A stretch of DNA of 64,000 nt from a virus (Duplodnaviria; Caudoviricetes). The translations under genes were made by a program, and so were the position numbers. The DNA is taken from the IMG/VR virus record IMGVR_UViG_3300010352_001034; one strand, given 5' to 3'. This document shows, piece after piece, positions 30,079-40,118 of the stretch. Position 1 is the stretch's first letter, and each line of letters starts with the position of its first letter. The notes under the pieces were generated by a model that did not search any database, was not told the origin of the DNA, and saw only the letters and a list, made by a program, of their open reading frames with translations.

Positions 30079-32547
30079 TTAGAATGCGCCAAGTTCGAAC
30101 TTAACATATACCCAGTTTACAGGATAAACTGGCATAACACCGAATTTAACATTCCATTGACGAGGATCAACACTATCACGAGCAACAACTATATCTCTGA
30201 ATTGAGTGATTATTCTTTGTTGGATAAATCCTAAACACAATCCATATATACGATTATATAGTGCAGTTGCTAATGTTGGACTTTCGGCTTGACCAATAAA
30301 TCCTTTTAATGCTTCTCGACATACTTTAGAAATTTGATCTCGTATAAAAACAATTGATATTTCTTCTTCTTCAGGGAAACCAGAAGCAGAAGTTGTTTTA
30401 CCCCAAATAATTCGACCACCGCCCAAAACAGGTTCAACTAAACATATACCTTTTTTAGTAATATTTTTAGCAACTTGATTTGGAAATGCTCGGTCAGAAA
30501 GAATTGTAAATCCTGATAAAGTTTTATTAGTTGCTGGAATAGCAACATTTCCTTGGTTAGATAACCATCCACCAAGAGCAGGAGCCATATAAAATCCATG
30601 AACAAAAGTATTTGTTCCACCAACATTGACTACAATTTTATCAGGGTACATATAAATACAACGATAAGTTGAACCAAATGCATCTTGTACACTGTAATTT
30701 GAAAGGTCTTCAATGCTGCCAGCTTGTATTTCAAAAATATCATCGCCTTGAATACCTTCTAATATACCAAGATCTTCAACGGCCGCTTTCGTTGTACCAA
30801 TAACATTTTCTGGTAATAATCCCATCATCGCGCCTGTAATTAAAACGCGTTCTTTATGATTACTAACTTGAGACATTGACAAACAATGTTGTAATGTATT
30901 TTGTATAATTGCACTCATTGTTTGTGTTGGAAGAGGAACAACCATATCAACTTCAAAAGATTCTAATTTAGATAAAGCATTGGACCAACCAGCATCATAA
31001 AATTTAGCATCTCGTTTATCAACTATCATAGCTTCTAAACCAATATTTGCACCTAATGCTAAATCGGTTGTAAATAGAATTGTAGCGCCTTTAACAGCCT
31101 CATCAGTATTAACTAATCTCCATGTTAATGAGGTATTACCAGTTTCATCAACGAAGCTACCTGTAGTACGTTGAATTTTTAATTTACCACCTTGAACTCC
31201 AATAACAGAAAATCCAGTTGTTGTGCTGTTATTGGTTTTGCCTGAACCAAATATTTCTACTTTATAATTTGCATTTAGATCATCACTATCGAATATAACA
31301 AAATCATCAGATAATAAAGCAATTAATGGATCGGTATCAGCTTTGATTGTTGCATTTTCTCCAGATTTTTCTAAACCATGTTCCATAATTACAGTGTAAG
31401 AATATTGATGACTTACATTTGTTATGAAAGAAGATGGATTTGTTGCATAACCATCTTGAAAGAATGCAACCTTATTAGGAGTAATTTGAGTTTTCACTTT
31501 GGTTTTATTATTTATAGTGAAAAACTTAACATCCGAATCAGCATCAGGAACAACACCAATAGGAAGAGGGAAACTCAAATCATCAGTTGTTGTTCCACCT
31601 GTAGCAGTTTTAATTAATGTATAAGTAGATCTACGAGGTAATCCAGGAGCGCATTGTAAAGCATATACACCATTTGTATTATTAGCAAAAGCAATTTGGC
31701 AACCAAGAGATAAAGTATTATTAGTGGTTGGTAAACCATGTTTTGCAGTAACTTGATCCATAGATGTAAAATATTGTGGAGAGTTTATATCTGTTTCTGC
31801 AATATATTTAGCAACAAAAGATACACCAGCATTTAATACACCACTAGAAACTTTAATAGTAAATGTATCACCTTTATGAAATACGCTGCTACCTTCACTA
31901 ATTGCAAATCGTAATATACCATTATCTCGCAATACACCATCCGATTGCCAAATGGTAGTAGAAACGCCTGACACTGAACCGCTTACAGTAAATAAAGCAT
32001 TTCCAGTAACAGGTAATCCACTTGAATTTAATTGAGTATTTGAACAACGAATTGTCCAAGTTTCTTCAGGTGCATTTTCAGCAATCAAAGTCAATGTATC
32101 AAAAGTTCCATTTCCTTTATTGCTGGTAGATGGAACATAGTCAGCCCCACCTTGATTTACTATATGAGCTGTTTGTAATTCAATTTGCCCAGTTGTTGGG
32201 TCAAGTTTACAATCAAATTTATTAGAAAATCCTTCTCCAGCAGTAATTGTTCCTTCTAATATAGATAATGGAACACCATTAATTAATAATTCAGTTCTAT
32301 TAGAAAATACTGGATAGTTTTTTAATTGAAAATGTCGTCCATCACAATTTGTGGTAGAAGTATATTCAGGATTTAAACCATCTTTACCTTTACCAAGAGC
32401 ATTTCCAATAAGAACTTCTCGACGAGATCCTTCGCCAAGAATACATAACATACGATTATTTCCAGGAATGGAAACACCAGTTGTTACGATTTCAGATTCG
32501 ACTTCAACTTCTGGATTTGCATACGCTACACCGGGCACATTTACCAT
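30079..32547 (-). CDS. Contractile tail sheath protein
   Basis: 822 aa. HCLSMS..KERV, VAIPATNKTLSGF, GICLVE..RIIWGKTT, EEISIVFIRDQI and RDSVDPRQWNVKFGVMPVYPVNWV are sheath C-terminal motifs. Confidence 0.93.
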   Translation of the reverse strand: MVNVPGVAYANPEVEVESEIVTTGVSIPGNNRMLCILGEGSRREVLIGNALGKGKDGLNPEYTSTTNCDGRHFQLKNYPVFSNRTELLINGVPLSILEGTITAGEGFSNKFDCKLDPTTGQIELQTAHIVNQGGADYVPSTSNKGNGTFDTLTLIAENAPEETWTIRCSNTQLNSSGLPVTGNALFTVSGSVSGVSTTIWQSDGVLRDNGILRFAISEGSSVFHKGDTFTIKVSSGVLNAGVSFVAKYIAETDINSPQYFTSMDQVTAKHGLPTTNNTLSLGCQIAFANNTNGVYALQCAPGLPRRSTYTLIKTATGGTTTDDLSFPLPIGVVPDADSDVKFFTINNKTKVKTQITPNKVAFFQDGYATNPSSFITNVSHQYSYTVIMEHGLEKSGENATIKADTDPLIALLSDDFVIFDSDDLNANYKVEIFGSGKTNNSTTTGFSVIGVQGGKLKIQRTTGSFVDETGNTSLTWRLVNTDEAVKGATILFTTDLALGANIGLEAMIVDKRDAKFYDAGWSNALSKLESFEVDMVVPLPTQTMSAIIQNTLQHCLSMSQVSNHKERVLITGAMMGLLPENVIGTTKAAVEDLGILEGIQGDDIFEIQAGSIEDLSNYSVQDAFGSTYRCIYMYPDKIVVNVGGTNTFVHGFYMAPALGGWLSNQGNVAIPATNKTLSGFTILSDRAFPNQVAKNITKKGICLVEPVLGGGRIIWGKTTSASGFPEEEEISIVFIRDQISKVCREALKGFIGQAESPTLATALYNRIYGLCLGFIQQRIITQFRDIVVARDSVDPRQWNVKFGVMPVYPVNWVYVKFELGAF

Positions 32548-32559
32548 TGTTCTCCTAAA

Positions 32560-33540
32560 TTATTTTTGCAATTGAATATATGAAATATCAACATAATTTC
32601 TTGAAATCTCATCATATCGCTGACGAAGTTTTGTTATGTAGTTTGCTAAGTTTTTATCTTTTATTTTATCAATGAATTCCATAACACAACTCATTGAAAT
32701 TTGTTTATCTTCATCAAGAGAGTCATCTACTAAAAACCAAACTTTTAATTCATTAAAAATGTCTTTGTATTTTAATAATGCTTGTATATTAGAAAAAACA
32801 TCGCTTCTTTTTAACATAACAATTTCACAATGATCATTGTATATAAAAGTTGGTTTTAATTCATTTTGTTCTATCTTAAAATATAAAGGAATATCATTAG
32901 AAGATATCTTTATGTTCATCATAACAATTTCAAACTCTTTTATTAATTTATTATATTCTTGATATGAATATATAATAGGCAAAGAAGATGCTTGAAGTGC
33001 TGCATTTAAATTATTAAACTTACATAAAATAGCCCCTTTAGTAAATCCACAATTTTTCTTTGTTATGTCTTTTGCTCTAGGTGGTCTACCAAGAGTAATA
33101 GCTAATGATTGTAATTTGGATATAATTTCTTCTTGAGTATATTCAATGGGTCTACCTGCATTAATTGGTTTGATATATGTTCTATTTTTAGTAAAACTTC
33201 TCCAATCTGTAATTTTTAAACCAGCAATTTTTCTAGCATTGCTAATAGATTGATATTTTTGTTCTATTTTATTTCGAATACCAGTTGGTATATCGTTGTA
33301 TCTTGTATTAGGATGACTTTTTAACCATCCTAATAATTGTTCGTTAGAGAATTTATTAGCTTTATTTATTTTTAAACCAGCTTGTTTTAATAATTTATTC
33401 CATGACCCATAAGTTCGTATAATAGAAGCTGGTGCCATTGAATATTGTAAAGCAAATGCTTTAATAGTAGGTGTTTTACTATCATTATCTATAGCATATT
33501 GTTTAATTAATGATATTATTTCTTTGGCTTTTAAATTCAC
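32560..33540 (-). CDS. Homing-endonuclease-associated repeat (HNH_repeat-like) protein, possibly degenerate nuclease
   Basis: Three repeats of the type IIRTYGSWNKLLKQAGL / KYQSISNARKIAGL / YTQEEIISKLQSLAITLGRPP..KFNNLNAALQASSL. Basic, non-structural composition, inserted between terminator and sheath genes. Confidence 0.7.
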   Translation of the reverse strand: MNLKAKEIISLIKQYAIDNDSKTPTIKAFALQYSMAPASIIRTYGSWNKLLKQAGLKINKANKFSNEQLLGWLKSHPNTRYNDIPTGIRNKIEQKYQSISNARKIAGLKITDWRSFTKNRTYIKPINAGRPIEYTQEEIISKLQSLAITLGRPPRAKDITKKNCGFTKGAILCKFNNLNAALQASSLPIIYSYQEYNKLIKEFEIVMMNIKISSNDIPLYFKIEQNELKPTFIYNDHCEIVMLKRSDVFSNIQALLKYKDIFNELKVWFLVDDSLDEDKQISMSCVMEFIDKIKDKNLANYITKLRQRYDEISRNYVDISYIQLQK

Positions 33541-33611
33541 ATGGAATATATCTAATTATTGCATTATTAGATAATCATATAAATGAAATCCACTAATGTT
33601 GATGTGAATAA

Positions 33612-34415
33612 TTAAGTGATAGGATTATTATATGCGACATCTAGGAGGGAAACTTGGGCATTTATACGTAAGTTTTCATCATATGCGCCAGAATTAGGAG
33701 GGATAAAACTTCCAAAATCGATACATAGATTAATTATATCGATAATATTTTCAACAGGTACTATTCGTCGATATTCACCACGACATTCTATAGAAACTGT
33801 TTGTTTGAATATTTTACTATTCTGAAAGTCTTCACTGCTTTCACCACCAACCCTGGTATTTTTAACAAACAATCCATTGAAATGAAGATCATCAATTTTT
33901 ATAGTTTGAAACAGTAGAGAGATACATTCAGCTAAAATATTTCTATCTATAGGCGAATCAGCTTCAATATCTATATCAAAGTTTGTATCCCAAGCTCCAG
34001 CAAATACGAAATATTTTGGATGACTAATGTTATATAAATTTCCATTAGCATCTTTAAAAATTCGATTTTCATAATGGAGGTTATGTCGATTTTGGTTGAA
34101 TGATATTGGTTTATAATTAGCACCTGTATGTTTTACTATAACAGATGGTAAGAATCTTGGATTTTGTTTGTTTTCTTGACCAATCCATATTCTAGTAGTC
34201 TCTTCATCTAATATACCACTTGTCAATGGAACATCTGTCATATCTTTAATTTTAGGATTTCCCCATTCATCTTGTGCGTAATGATATCTTGTATCTTGAG
34301 CAAAATGATCTCGCATTGTTGATACAATAAGTTCTTTCGCATATACAATTTGCGTATTTTGAATTATTCTATGAATTGCATATAAATCTGATAAGAAAAA
34401 GCTTGTTGTTGTCAT
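33612..34415 (-). CDS. Tail terminator/completion protein (gp15-like)
   Basis: 267 aa upstream of the sheath. RFLPSVIVK and FDIDIEADSPIDRNILAECISLLF pattern. Confidence 0.65.
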   Translation of the reverse strand: MTTTSFFLSDLYAIHRIIQNTQIVYAKELIVSTMRDHFAQDTRYHYAQDEWGNPKIKDMTDVPLTSGILDEETTRIWIGQENKQNPRFLPSVIVKHTGANYKPISFNQNRHNLHYENRIFKDANGNLYNISHPKYFVFAGAWDTNFDIDIEADSPIDRNILAECISLLFQTIKIDDLHFNGLFVKNTRVGGESSEDFQNSKIFKQTVSIECRGEYRRIVPVENIIDIINLCIDFGSFIPPNSGAYDENLRINAQVSLLDVAYNNPIT

Positions 34416-34417
34416 TT

Positions 34418-37400
34418 TTAATATTTATATGTTAAGGTTGCATTATAAATCATTAATGTATCTATAGTTGTTGCTGTTCTTTCTAAAACAAATGGTTGTG
34501 GTGTACTACCAGGTAAAACGAAATTTATAGTTATTGGTTTGTTATAAATTCTTGTTTTATCATTTTTTAAATCAACAGTAATTCTATTTGTTCCAATATT
34601 TGTTGTGAAATTTTTAATTATTTCTGCATTATTAGGTAATTTGATATAGATATTTACATTGCCAGGTTCTAAAGAATAACGATAACATTGTATATCAAAT
34701 GTTAGCGTTGTTGGCAAAGCATTTTCAACATATGGAACATTTATACACATTGTATTTGTTAGATATGATCCAACTTCGGTGGTAGTTAATTTAGAAGATA
34801 AATATGCAGTTCCAGATATAAAATCATGTACCCAATTTACAACACTTCCACTTGAAGTAATATCAGCAAAACTAGACATTGCATCAATTGTAAATGTTTG
34901 ATTTATATTTCTAGCTACTAAAATTTTACAAGAACTTTCTTCTTCTTCAACGCCAGAAACGCCAGAATAATCTAAACCAATAGAATCATCTTGAAGTCCT
35001 GGAGATGTTTTATCTAATATATTATCAGTTATTTTAATAGCATTTATACATTGTCCGTAATATAACATTATATAATAATTAACATCATTTTTATTACGTA
35101 TAATAGTATTATTGCATACATTACTAATAATACTATTTTTAGGCATTTCATCTTGTAAATATGTATAATCTAATAATATACCTTGATCATAAAAACATTC
35201 ATTAATTAAATTATTAGATATATTAGCTGATAAAGAAGTTACATTAATACCATTTGCATATAAAAATGAATTTGAAGTTTGACATTCCGCGTGTATAATA
35301 TTATCGTGTATTGATAATAATGTTCTATTAATTAGTGAAATTCCTATTACATATATAGCTGATAAAGAAGAGGAAAAGTTGTCATTAATAGTTATATCAT
35401 TTGATGGCGCAAATAATTCTGGACTATATTTATTTATTTTTAAACTATTATTATGAATATTTATTTGTCCACTGTTTGTAATTCCAGATTGATAAATTTC
35501 AATTGAAACACATTGATTGTTACAAACGTTCATTGAAAGTGTAATTTTAGGATTAGAATTTATAAGTGTTTTTTCTCGAAACATATTCTTATTTTGTATT
35601 GCTACAAAAGTATTATTCATTATATTAATACTAGGTTCCATTGTATAAAATCTAGTATCATCAAATGATGTAGATGTTACAGATTGTGCTCCATATGTTC
35701 TAACAATTGGAGTATTAGAATAATTAGCAGCTGTTTCATTATATTTACTTGTATCACCTAATAAAGGCCCACAGCTTGGATTTAACCATAAAAATCCGAA
35801 TATATTATTTATAATATTAACGCTATATGTTTCTAAATGTCCAACAACATTTGTATTTTTAACATATTGATCCCCGATAATCATATAACTTAGATGATTC
35901 GCTTTATTTCCTTCAATAGTTATACCATTACAAACAGTCGCATTGGTAGTTTGAACACTTCTATTAATTAATGCTATTATCAATTGATATTTTGATTCAT
36001 TAAATGTATTGTTTCTTATGGTAATGTTTTTTAATGTAGAATTTCCACCATCTGCTTGTTCTATTAAAATATGAGGAACGTTTCCTGCACTATTTCGTTC
36101 ATTTGTAGTGAACGAACAATTTTCAATAAGTATATTGGAATAAGTAATTGATCCAAGCGCATTTAAAACGATTGTTCCTAAACCAAAACAGTCATCATTA
36201 TAATTATCTTGAATAACATCATATTCTCGTTGAAAATTTACACCTCGAATTGTTACATTTCCTAATATATTAAAACAATCACTTGAATTTTTTATTTTAA
36301 CTAAATTATATGGTCCGCCTTCGATTATCATATCTGATAATGTTATGGGCGCATCTAATGTAACAATACCATTGATTGTTAATTTTGGTCTAACAATTCT
36401 TGAATGATAAATATAATCAGTTGCAGCTGATAATGAAGCGAAATTTCCATTAACAACCGAATATCGATTTGTTCCTGGATTAAGAATTTCTCCAGCAACA
36501 CATACTTCACTTGAATGTGTTTGTCTTAAAAATTTTCTAACATCAATGCATTTTGTATTGGTTACTATATAATTGTTATCTAACATTTGACTTTCTACAG
36601 AAAGTACATATAATGGAATTAAATCTTTACGATTGTTAACAATATATTCAAATGGATAACGTATTAATTCTCCCCAATTTTGATCTGGCTTTTTTATTAT
36701 TAATTTATTAATATAACCATCGTTTGATATAGGAGCCCACCAAATTTGTCCATTTTCTGTTAAACATAATAATGTATCGCAAGTATATAATGCGTTTGAG
36801 TCTGTTACAATTGCTGTAGGTGTATATGTAATAGAATTTTGTTGAACAATTTTTCCATTAATATTTGCTGAGCCACCTGTAAATGTAAGTTGATACTTTG
36901 ATTTGTTAGGAATATAATTTGTTGTTTTAATAAGATCAAATCCATTTATAATAGAATTCTCATGTAGAAATCTATTATTTGATTCGATGAATTTGATTGC
37001 ACTATCACTTAAAATTCTTTCATTGATTGTACCAAATTGTCTACGATCTTTAATATAGTTAATTGGCCCGCCACCATATGTTGATGCTAAATATAATTGT
37101 TCATAACTGCCTAAACACATGAACTCTTCATCTGTTGATTTTGTTAAGAATATTTCACATGTTATTGATTGTGATGATATATTGTTATAGCCATCATTTT
37201 CATTTTTATCAAACATCATTTCAATATAGTTTACACCAGTATGATCATATAATCTAAATAATTCATTTTTTCTACTTGTTGCTATTGAACAACTTGAAGT
37301 TGATGGTTCTAATGGATTTGATGGTTCTAATGGATTTGATATACATGCAATAAATGATTGGTCACTGTCGTTATAATCATCTATATTTATTTGAATGAAT

Positions 37401-39652
37401 CGTCTATTTTGTTTATTAGGATCGATATAACCTTTAAATTTAGGACTTACATTTAATATATGCCATCCATAGCTTTTATTTGTTGCTAAATCATATGAAT
37501 CAACACCTTGAGTTATTTCAAATCGAGCACGTTCATAACTAGAAACATCTCCAAATTTGTTAATATAAATTTCATGCAAACGTTTAGTATTTATTTCAGG
37601 TGTTGAATTATCAGATAAACTAATTCCATTAGGTCGAATAGAAGTATTATCAAAATGTATTAAAACATTTGTATCTTTTGCAAGAGCGCCTTGTAATGGT
37701 AAACCAACTGTAGCCACGCTATTTAATATAGTTATTTGTGTCTTTATATCAGGTGCACAACCAGTTGTTGTAATTTTATTAACAAAGAATCGCCCATAAT
37801 TATAATCATGATATAGTTTGTTTGAATAATCTATAAGAGGTAATATAACAATTGTATTTCCTTCTCCAATGTCGTTATCAGCTTTTATATCCCCGCTTAT
37901 TTCAAAAGTAGTTTCAATAGAATATTGATCTTGTGTTACATCTGTTACTTTTCCTACCCAAGGAGCATTTGGAGGCAATTCATCCGTTAATTTACCATAT
38001 ACATTATATTTCTTGCCTTTTTTGCCAACAATTATGCGCGTTGGTAATGAGTTTTCATTGGCTGAATATACTGGACTTGCAACATTTGTTTTTGTATTTC
38101 CAAATCCTAAAGCATCTTGTCCATCTAAACGATCATTTCCAATAACATTATTAATTTGATCTACAGTTAATTTACCATCAGATATAACTCCAGAACAAAT
38201 TGAAAAACCAGAGTTATCATAATTGTCTCCAATTGCTAAACCAAATTGTCCATTTCGTTCAAATGCAACCATTCGATAATTATAACCAGATGCTCTAAAT
38301 CCATTATTGACATTTCTAATAACATCTTCTAAAGTGTAATTATTGGGTGTCATTCCTTTATTACCAGTAACATCAATACCTGGTAATCTAATAATTTTTT
38401 CTACTGTGCCTTTTGGATAGAAATCTATATACAACATATAGTGAGTTGAATCTAAATCTGCTAGATTTAAATCATTTCCTAATGTTTGTGCACTATCAGG
38501 TGGAACAACAATTAAACTACATGGAATATTACCATAGCGTCCCCATAAATCATGATTAGCAGGACATATTGCTAAACTACCAAATACATTATCATCACTT
38601 GCTTTTTGTTGTATATAAACATATGCAGGATCAGATATATATGTCTTCATAATAGGATGTATTCCATCTATTCGAAGTGTCCAAGTCTTTTGTGGTTCAA
38701 ATAATATAGAAGCAATAGTAAATGTACAAACTACACTACCATAATTAATTGTAATATAATCACCAATATTTATTTTAGCAAATGTTTTATCCAATTGATT
38801 TGCTGTTATAGAAGCATTTGTAAAAAATGATGCAATGCCATTATATCCAGTTCTTATTGGTAAAGTATCTGATAATAATATTGTTGATGTTGTATTAGCT
38901 ACACGAGTAATACCATTTGAATTCATAATGGCACCAAACTCACCATATATAGATGACCCCATGGTATCAATATATTCAATAGCCTTTTGAACGTTTGTAA
39001 CATTTTTTGGAATTGAATTAAAACTATCAACAACCAATTGAACAGCAGAAGCAGTATGAGCTTCTAATACAGAATTTTCATGGTTATTTAATTCTTCATT
39101 AATAATCGAAATAATATCCATAACATTTGTAGCTGTTCGATTATGATTTGATTTATCTTTCAATGTTGTATTTAAATCAATTTGATTTGCTGTATGTCGC
39201 GCAGAAGAACCAAGATTAGATGGTAATCCATTCCAACCATTTATATGAGCTATTAAATCCGCATATAATGTATCATGAGTAAATTTATTTAATGCTGTAT
39301 ATTGTGAATTTAAAGTATCTATTAACCCTTTTAATGTGTATGTATGATATTGTAAATTCAATTTTGATTCATTGATATTTGCATTTGGAGCAATTTGACT
39401 ATCTAAAATATTGTTTAATAATCCAAGTGCTGAAATAGCTGATGCTCGTAAATTTCCAGTTTCATCTAATGACACATTTATACGCTCAGATAATGACCCA
39501 GCTGTCCCTTGTGGATTTAAACCAAGTGTTGATTCAATTGCTATAATTGCTTCTCTAGATTTATTATGTACATCTCCACTCCATTGAGTAGTTGCATCAT
39601 CAATCACTGGAATGTCAATGTCAGTATCATATTGTAAAGGGTATTGTGTCAT
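34418..39652 (-). CDS. Large fibre/spike protein with parallel beta-helix region
   Basis: 1744 aa. N-terminal YPxxYD..AIIAIESTLG module and HTAxxI..TNV motifs. C-terminal Asn/Ile-rich repeats (NILIENCSF, NITIRNNTF, GITIEGN). Confidence 0.7.
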   Translation of the reverse strand: MTQYPLQYDTDIDIPVIDDATTQWSGDVHNKSREAIIAIESTLGLNPQGTAGSLSERINVSLDETGNLRASAISALGLLNNILDSQIAPNANINESKLNLQYHTYTLKGLIDTLNSQYTALNKFTHDTLYADLIAHINGWNGLPSNLGSSARHTANQIDLNTTLKDKSNHNRTATNVMDIISIINEELNNHENSVLEAHTASAVQLVVDSFNSIPKNVTNVQKAIEYIDTMGSSIYGEFGAIMNSNGITRVANTTSTILLSDTLPIRTGYNGIASFFTNASITANQLDKTFAKINIGDYITINYGSVVCTFTIASILFEPQKTWTLRIDGIHPIMKTYISDPAYVYIQQKASDDNVFGSLAICPANHDLWGRYGNIPCSLIVVPPDSAQTLGNDLNLADLDSTHYMLYIDFYPKGTVEKIIRLPGIDVTGNKGMTPNNYTLEDVIRNVNNGFRASGYNYRMVAFERNGQFGLAIGDNYDNSGFSICSGVISDGKLTVDQINNVIGNDRLDGQDALGFGNTKTNVASPVYSANENSLPTRIIVGKKGKKYNVYGKLTDELPPNAPWVGKVTDVTQDQYSIETTFEISGDIKADNDIGEGNTIVILPLIDYSNKLYHDYNYGRFFVNKITTTGCAPDIKTQITILNSVATVGLPLQGALAKDTNVLIHFDNTSIRPNGISLSDNSTPEINTKRLHEIYINKFGDVSSYERARFEITQGVDSYDLATNKSYGWHILNVSPKFKGYIDPNKQNRRFIQINIDDYNDSDQSFIACISNPLEPSNPLEPSTSSCSIATSRKNELFRLYDHTGVNYIEMMFDKNENDGYNNISSQSITCEIFLTKSTDEEFMCLGSYEQLYLASTYGGGPINYIKDRRQFGTINERILSDSAIKFIESNNRFLHENSIINGFDLIKTTNYIPNKSKYQLTFTGGSANINGKIVQQNSITYTPTAIVTDSNALYTCDTLLCLTENGQIWWAPISNDGYINKLIIKKPDQNWGELIRYPFEYIVNNRKDLIPLYVLSVESQMLDNNYIVTNTKCIDVRKFLRQTHSSEVCVAGEILNPGTNRYSVVNGNFASLSAATDYIYHSRIVRPKLTINGIVTLDAPITLSDMIIEGGPYNLVKIKNSSDCFNILGNVTIRGVNFQREYDVIQDNYNDDCFGLGTIVLNALGSITYSNILIENCSFTTNERNSAGNVPHILIEQADGGNSTLKNITIRNNTFNESKYQLIIALINRSVQTTNATVCNGITIEGNKANHLSYMIIGDQYVKNTNVVGHLETYSVNIINNIFGFLWLNPSCGPLLGDTSKYNETAANYSNTPIVRTYGAQSVTSTSFDDTRFYTMEPSINIMNNTFVAIQNKNMFREKTLINSNPKITLSMNVCNNQCVSIEIYQSGITNSGQINIHNNSLKINKYSPELFAPSNDITINDNFSSSLSAIYVIGISLINRTLLSIHDNIIHAECQTSNSFLYANGINVTSLSANISNNLINECFYDQGILLDYTYLQDEMPKNSIISNVCNNTIIRNKNDVNYYIMLYYGQCINAIKITDNILDKTSPGLQDDSIGLDYSGVSGVEEEESSCKILVARNINQTFTIDAMSSFADITSSGSVVNWVHDFISGTAYLSSKLTTTEVGSYLTNTMCINVPYVENALPTTLTFDIQCYRYSLEPGNVNIYIKLPNNAEIIKNFTTNIGTNRITVDLKNDKTRIYNKPITINFVLPGSTPQPFVLERTATTIDTLMIYNATLTYKY
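37301..37340. repeat. In-frame 18-bp tandem duplication (SNPLEP x2)
   Basis: TGATGGTTCTAATGGATT twice, plus TGAT. Confidence 0.9.
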
Positions 39653-39690
39653 GTTTCCTTATCCTGCTTATATAGACATATACAACAAAA

Positions 39691-40026
39691 TTACTTATTA
39701 TCAGATGTTGGTGGAACAACTTGCTCATCAGTTTTTTGAGCTGTCATATGATCATCAAATACATCATGTTTTCCAGGTACATGATCAATCCATTTCTTTT
39801 GAGCAACGTTAGCAGAAAAATAAAATGCTCCAATCATACTCATAATTGTTACCCATTCACTTCCTGATAACAATATTAATGGTGTTTGAATTTTATATAC
39901 AAACACAGATATGCATGGTGGAATTGCGCAAAGTAATGTTGCTGTTACGAATATCATAAGAGCTAAACCATATTTTCTACCTGCTGGAGTTCTAGCGAAT
40001 TTATTAATTGTTTCTTGCTTCATCAT
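39691..40026 (-). CDS. Holin-like two-TM membrane protein
   Basis: GRKYGLALMIFVTATLLC..EWVTIMSMIGAFYFSANVAQK with a charged tail. Start likely ATG 40026 (AAGGT RBS) rather than 40071. Confidence 0.55.
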   Translation of the reverse strand: MMKQETINKFARTPAGRKYGLALMIFVTATLLCAIPPCISVFVYKIQTPLILLSGSEWVTIMSMIGAFYFSANVAQKKWIDHVPGKHDVFDDHMTAQKTDEQVVPPTSDNK

Positions 40027-40066
40027 GACCTTTAATGTTCTTAAAATGAATATACGAAATGTAATG

Positions 40067-40103
40067 AACATGCCTAATATACATAACAGAATATAGGCAT
40101 GTT
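40067..40103. promoter_or_regulatory. 10-bp inverted repeat between fibre gene and holin-like gene
   Basis: AACATGCCTA (40067-40076) and TAGGCATGTT (40094-40103). Confidence 0.45.
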
Positions 40104-40118
40104 TAGAATTTTGATGTG

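Noticed and set aside
306-34415. Extracellular contractile injection system or tailocin rather than phage
   Set aside because: Neck/head-joining genes, the G/GT chaperone, ligases and phage-type hypotheticals are present, there is no eCIS AAA+ ATPase, and no bacterial housekeeping context.
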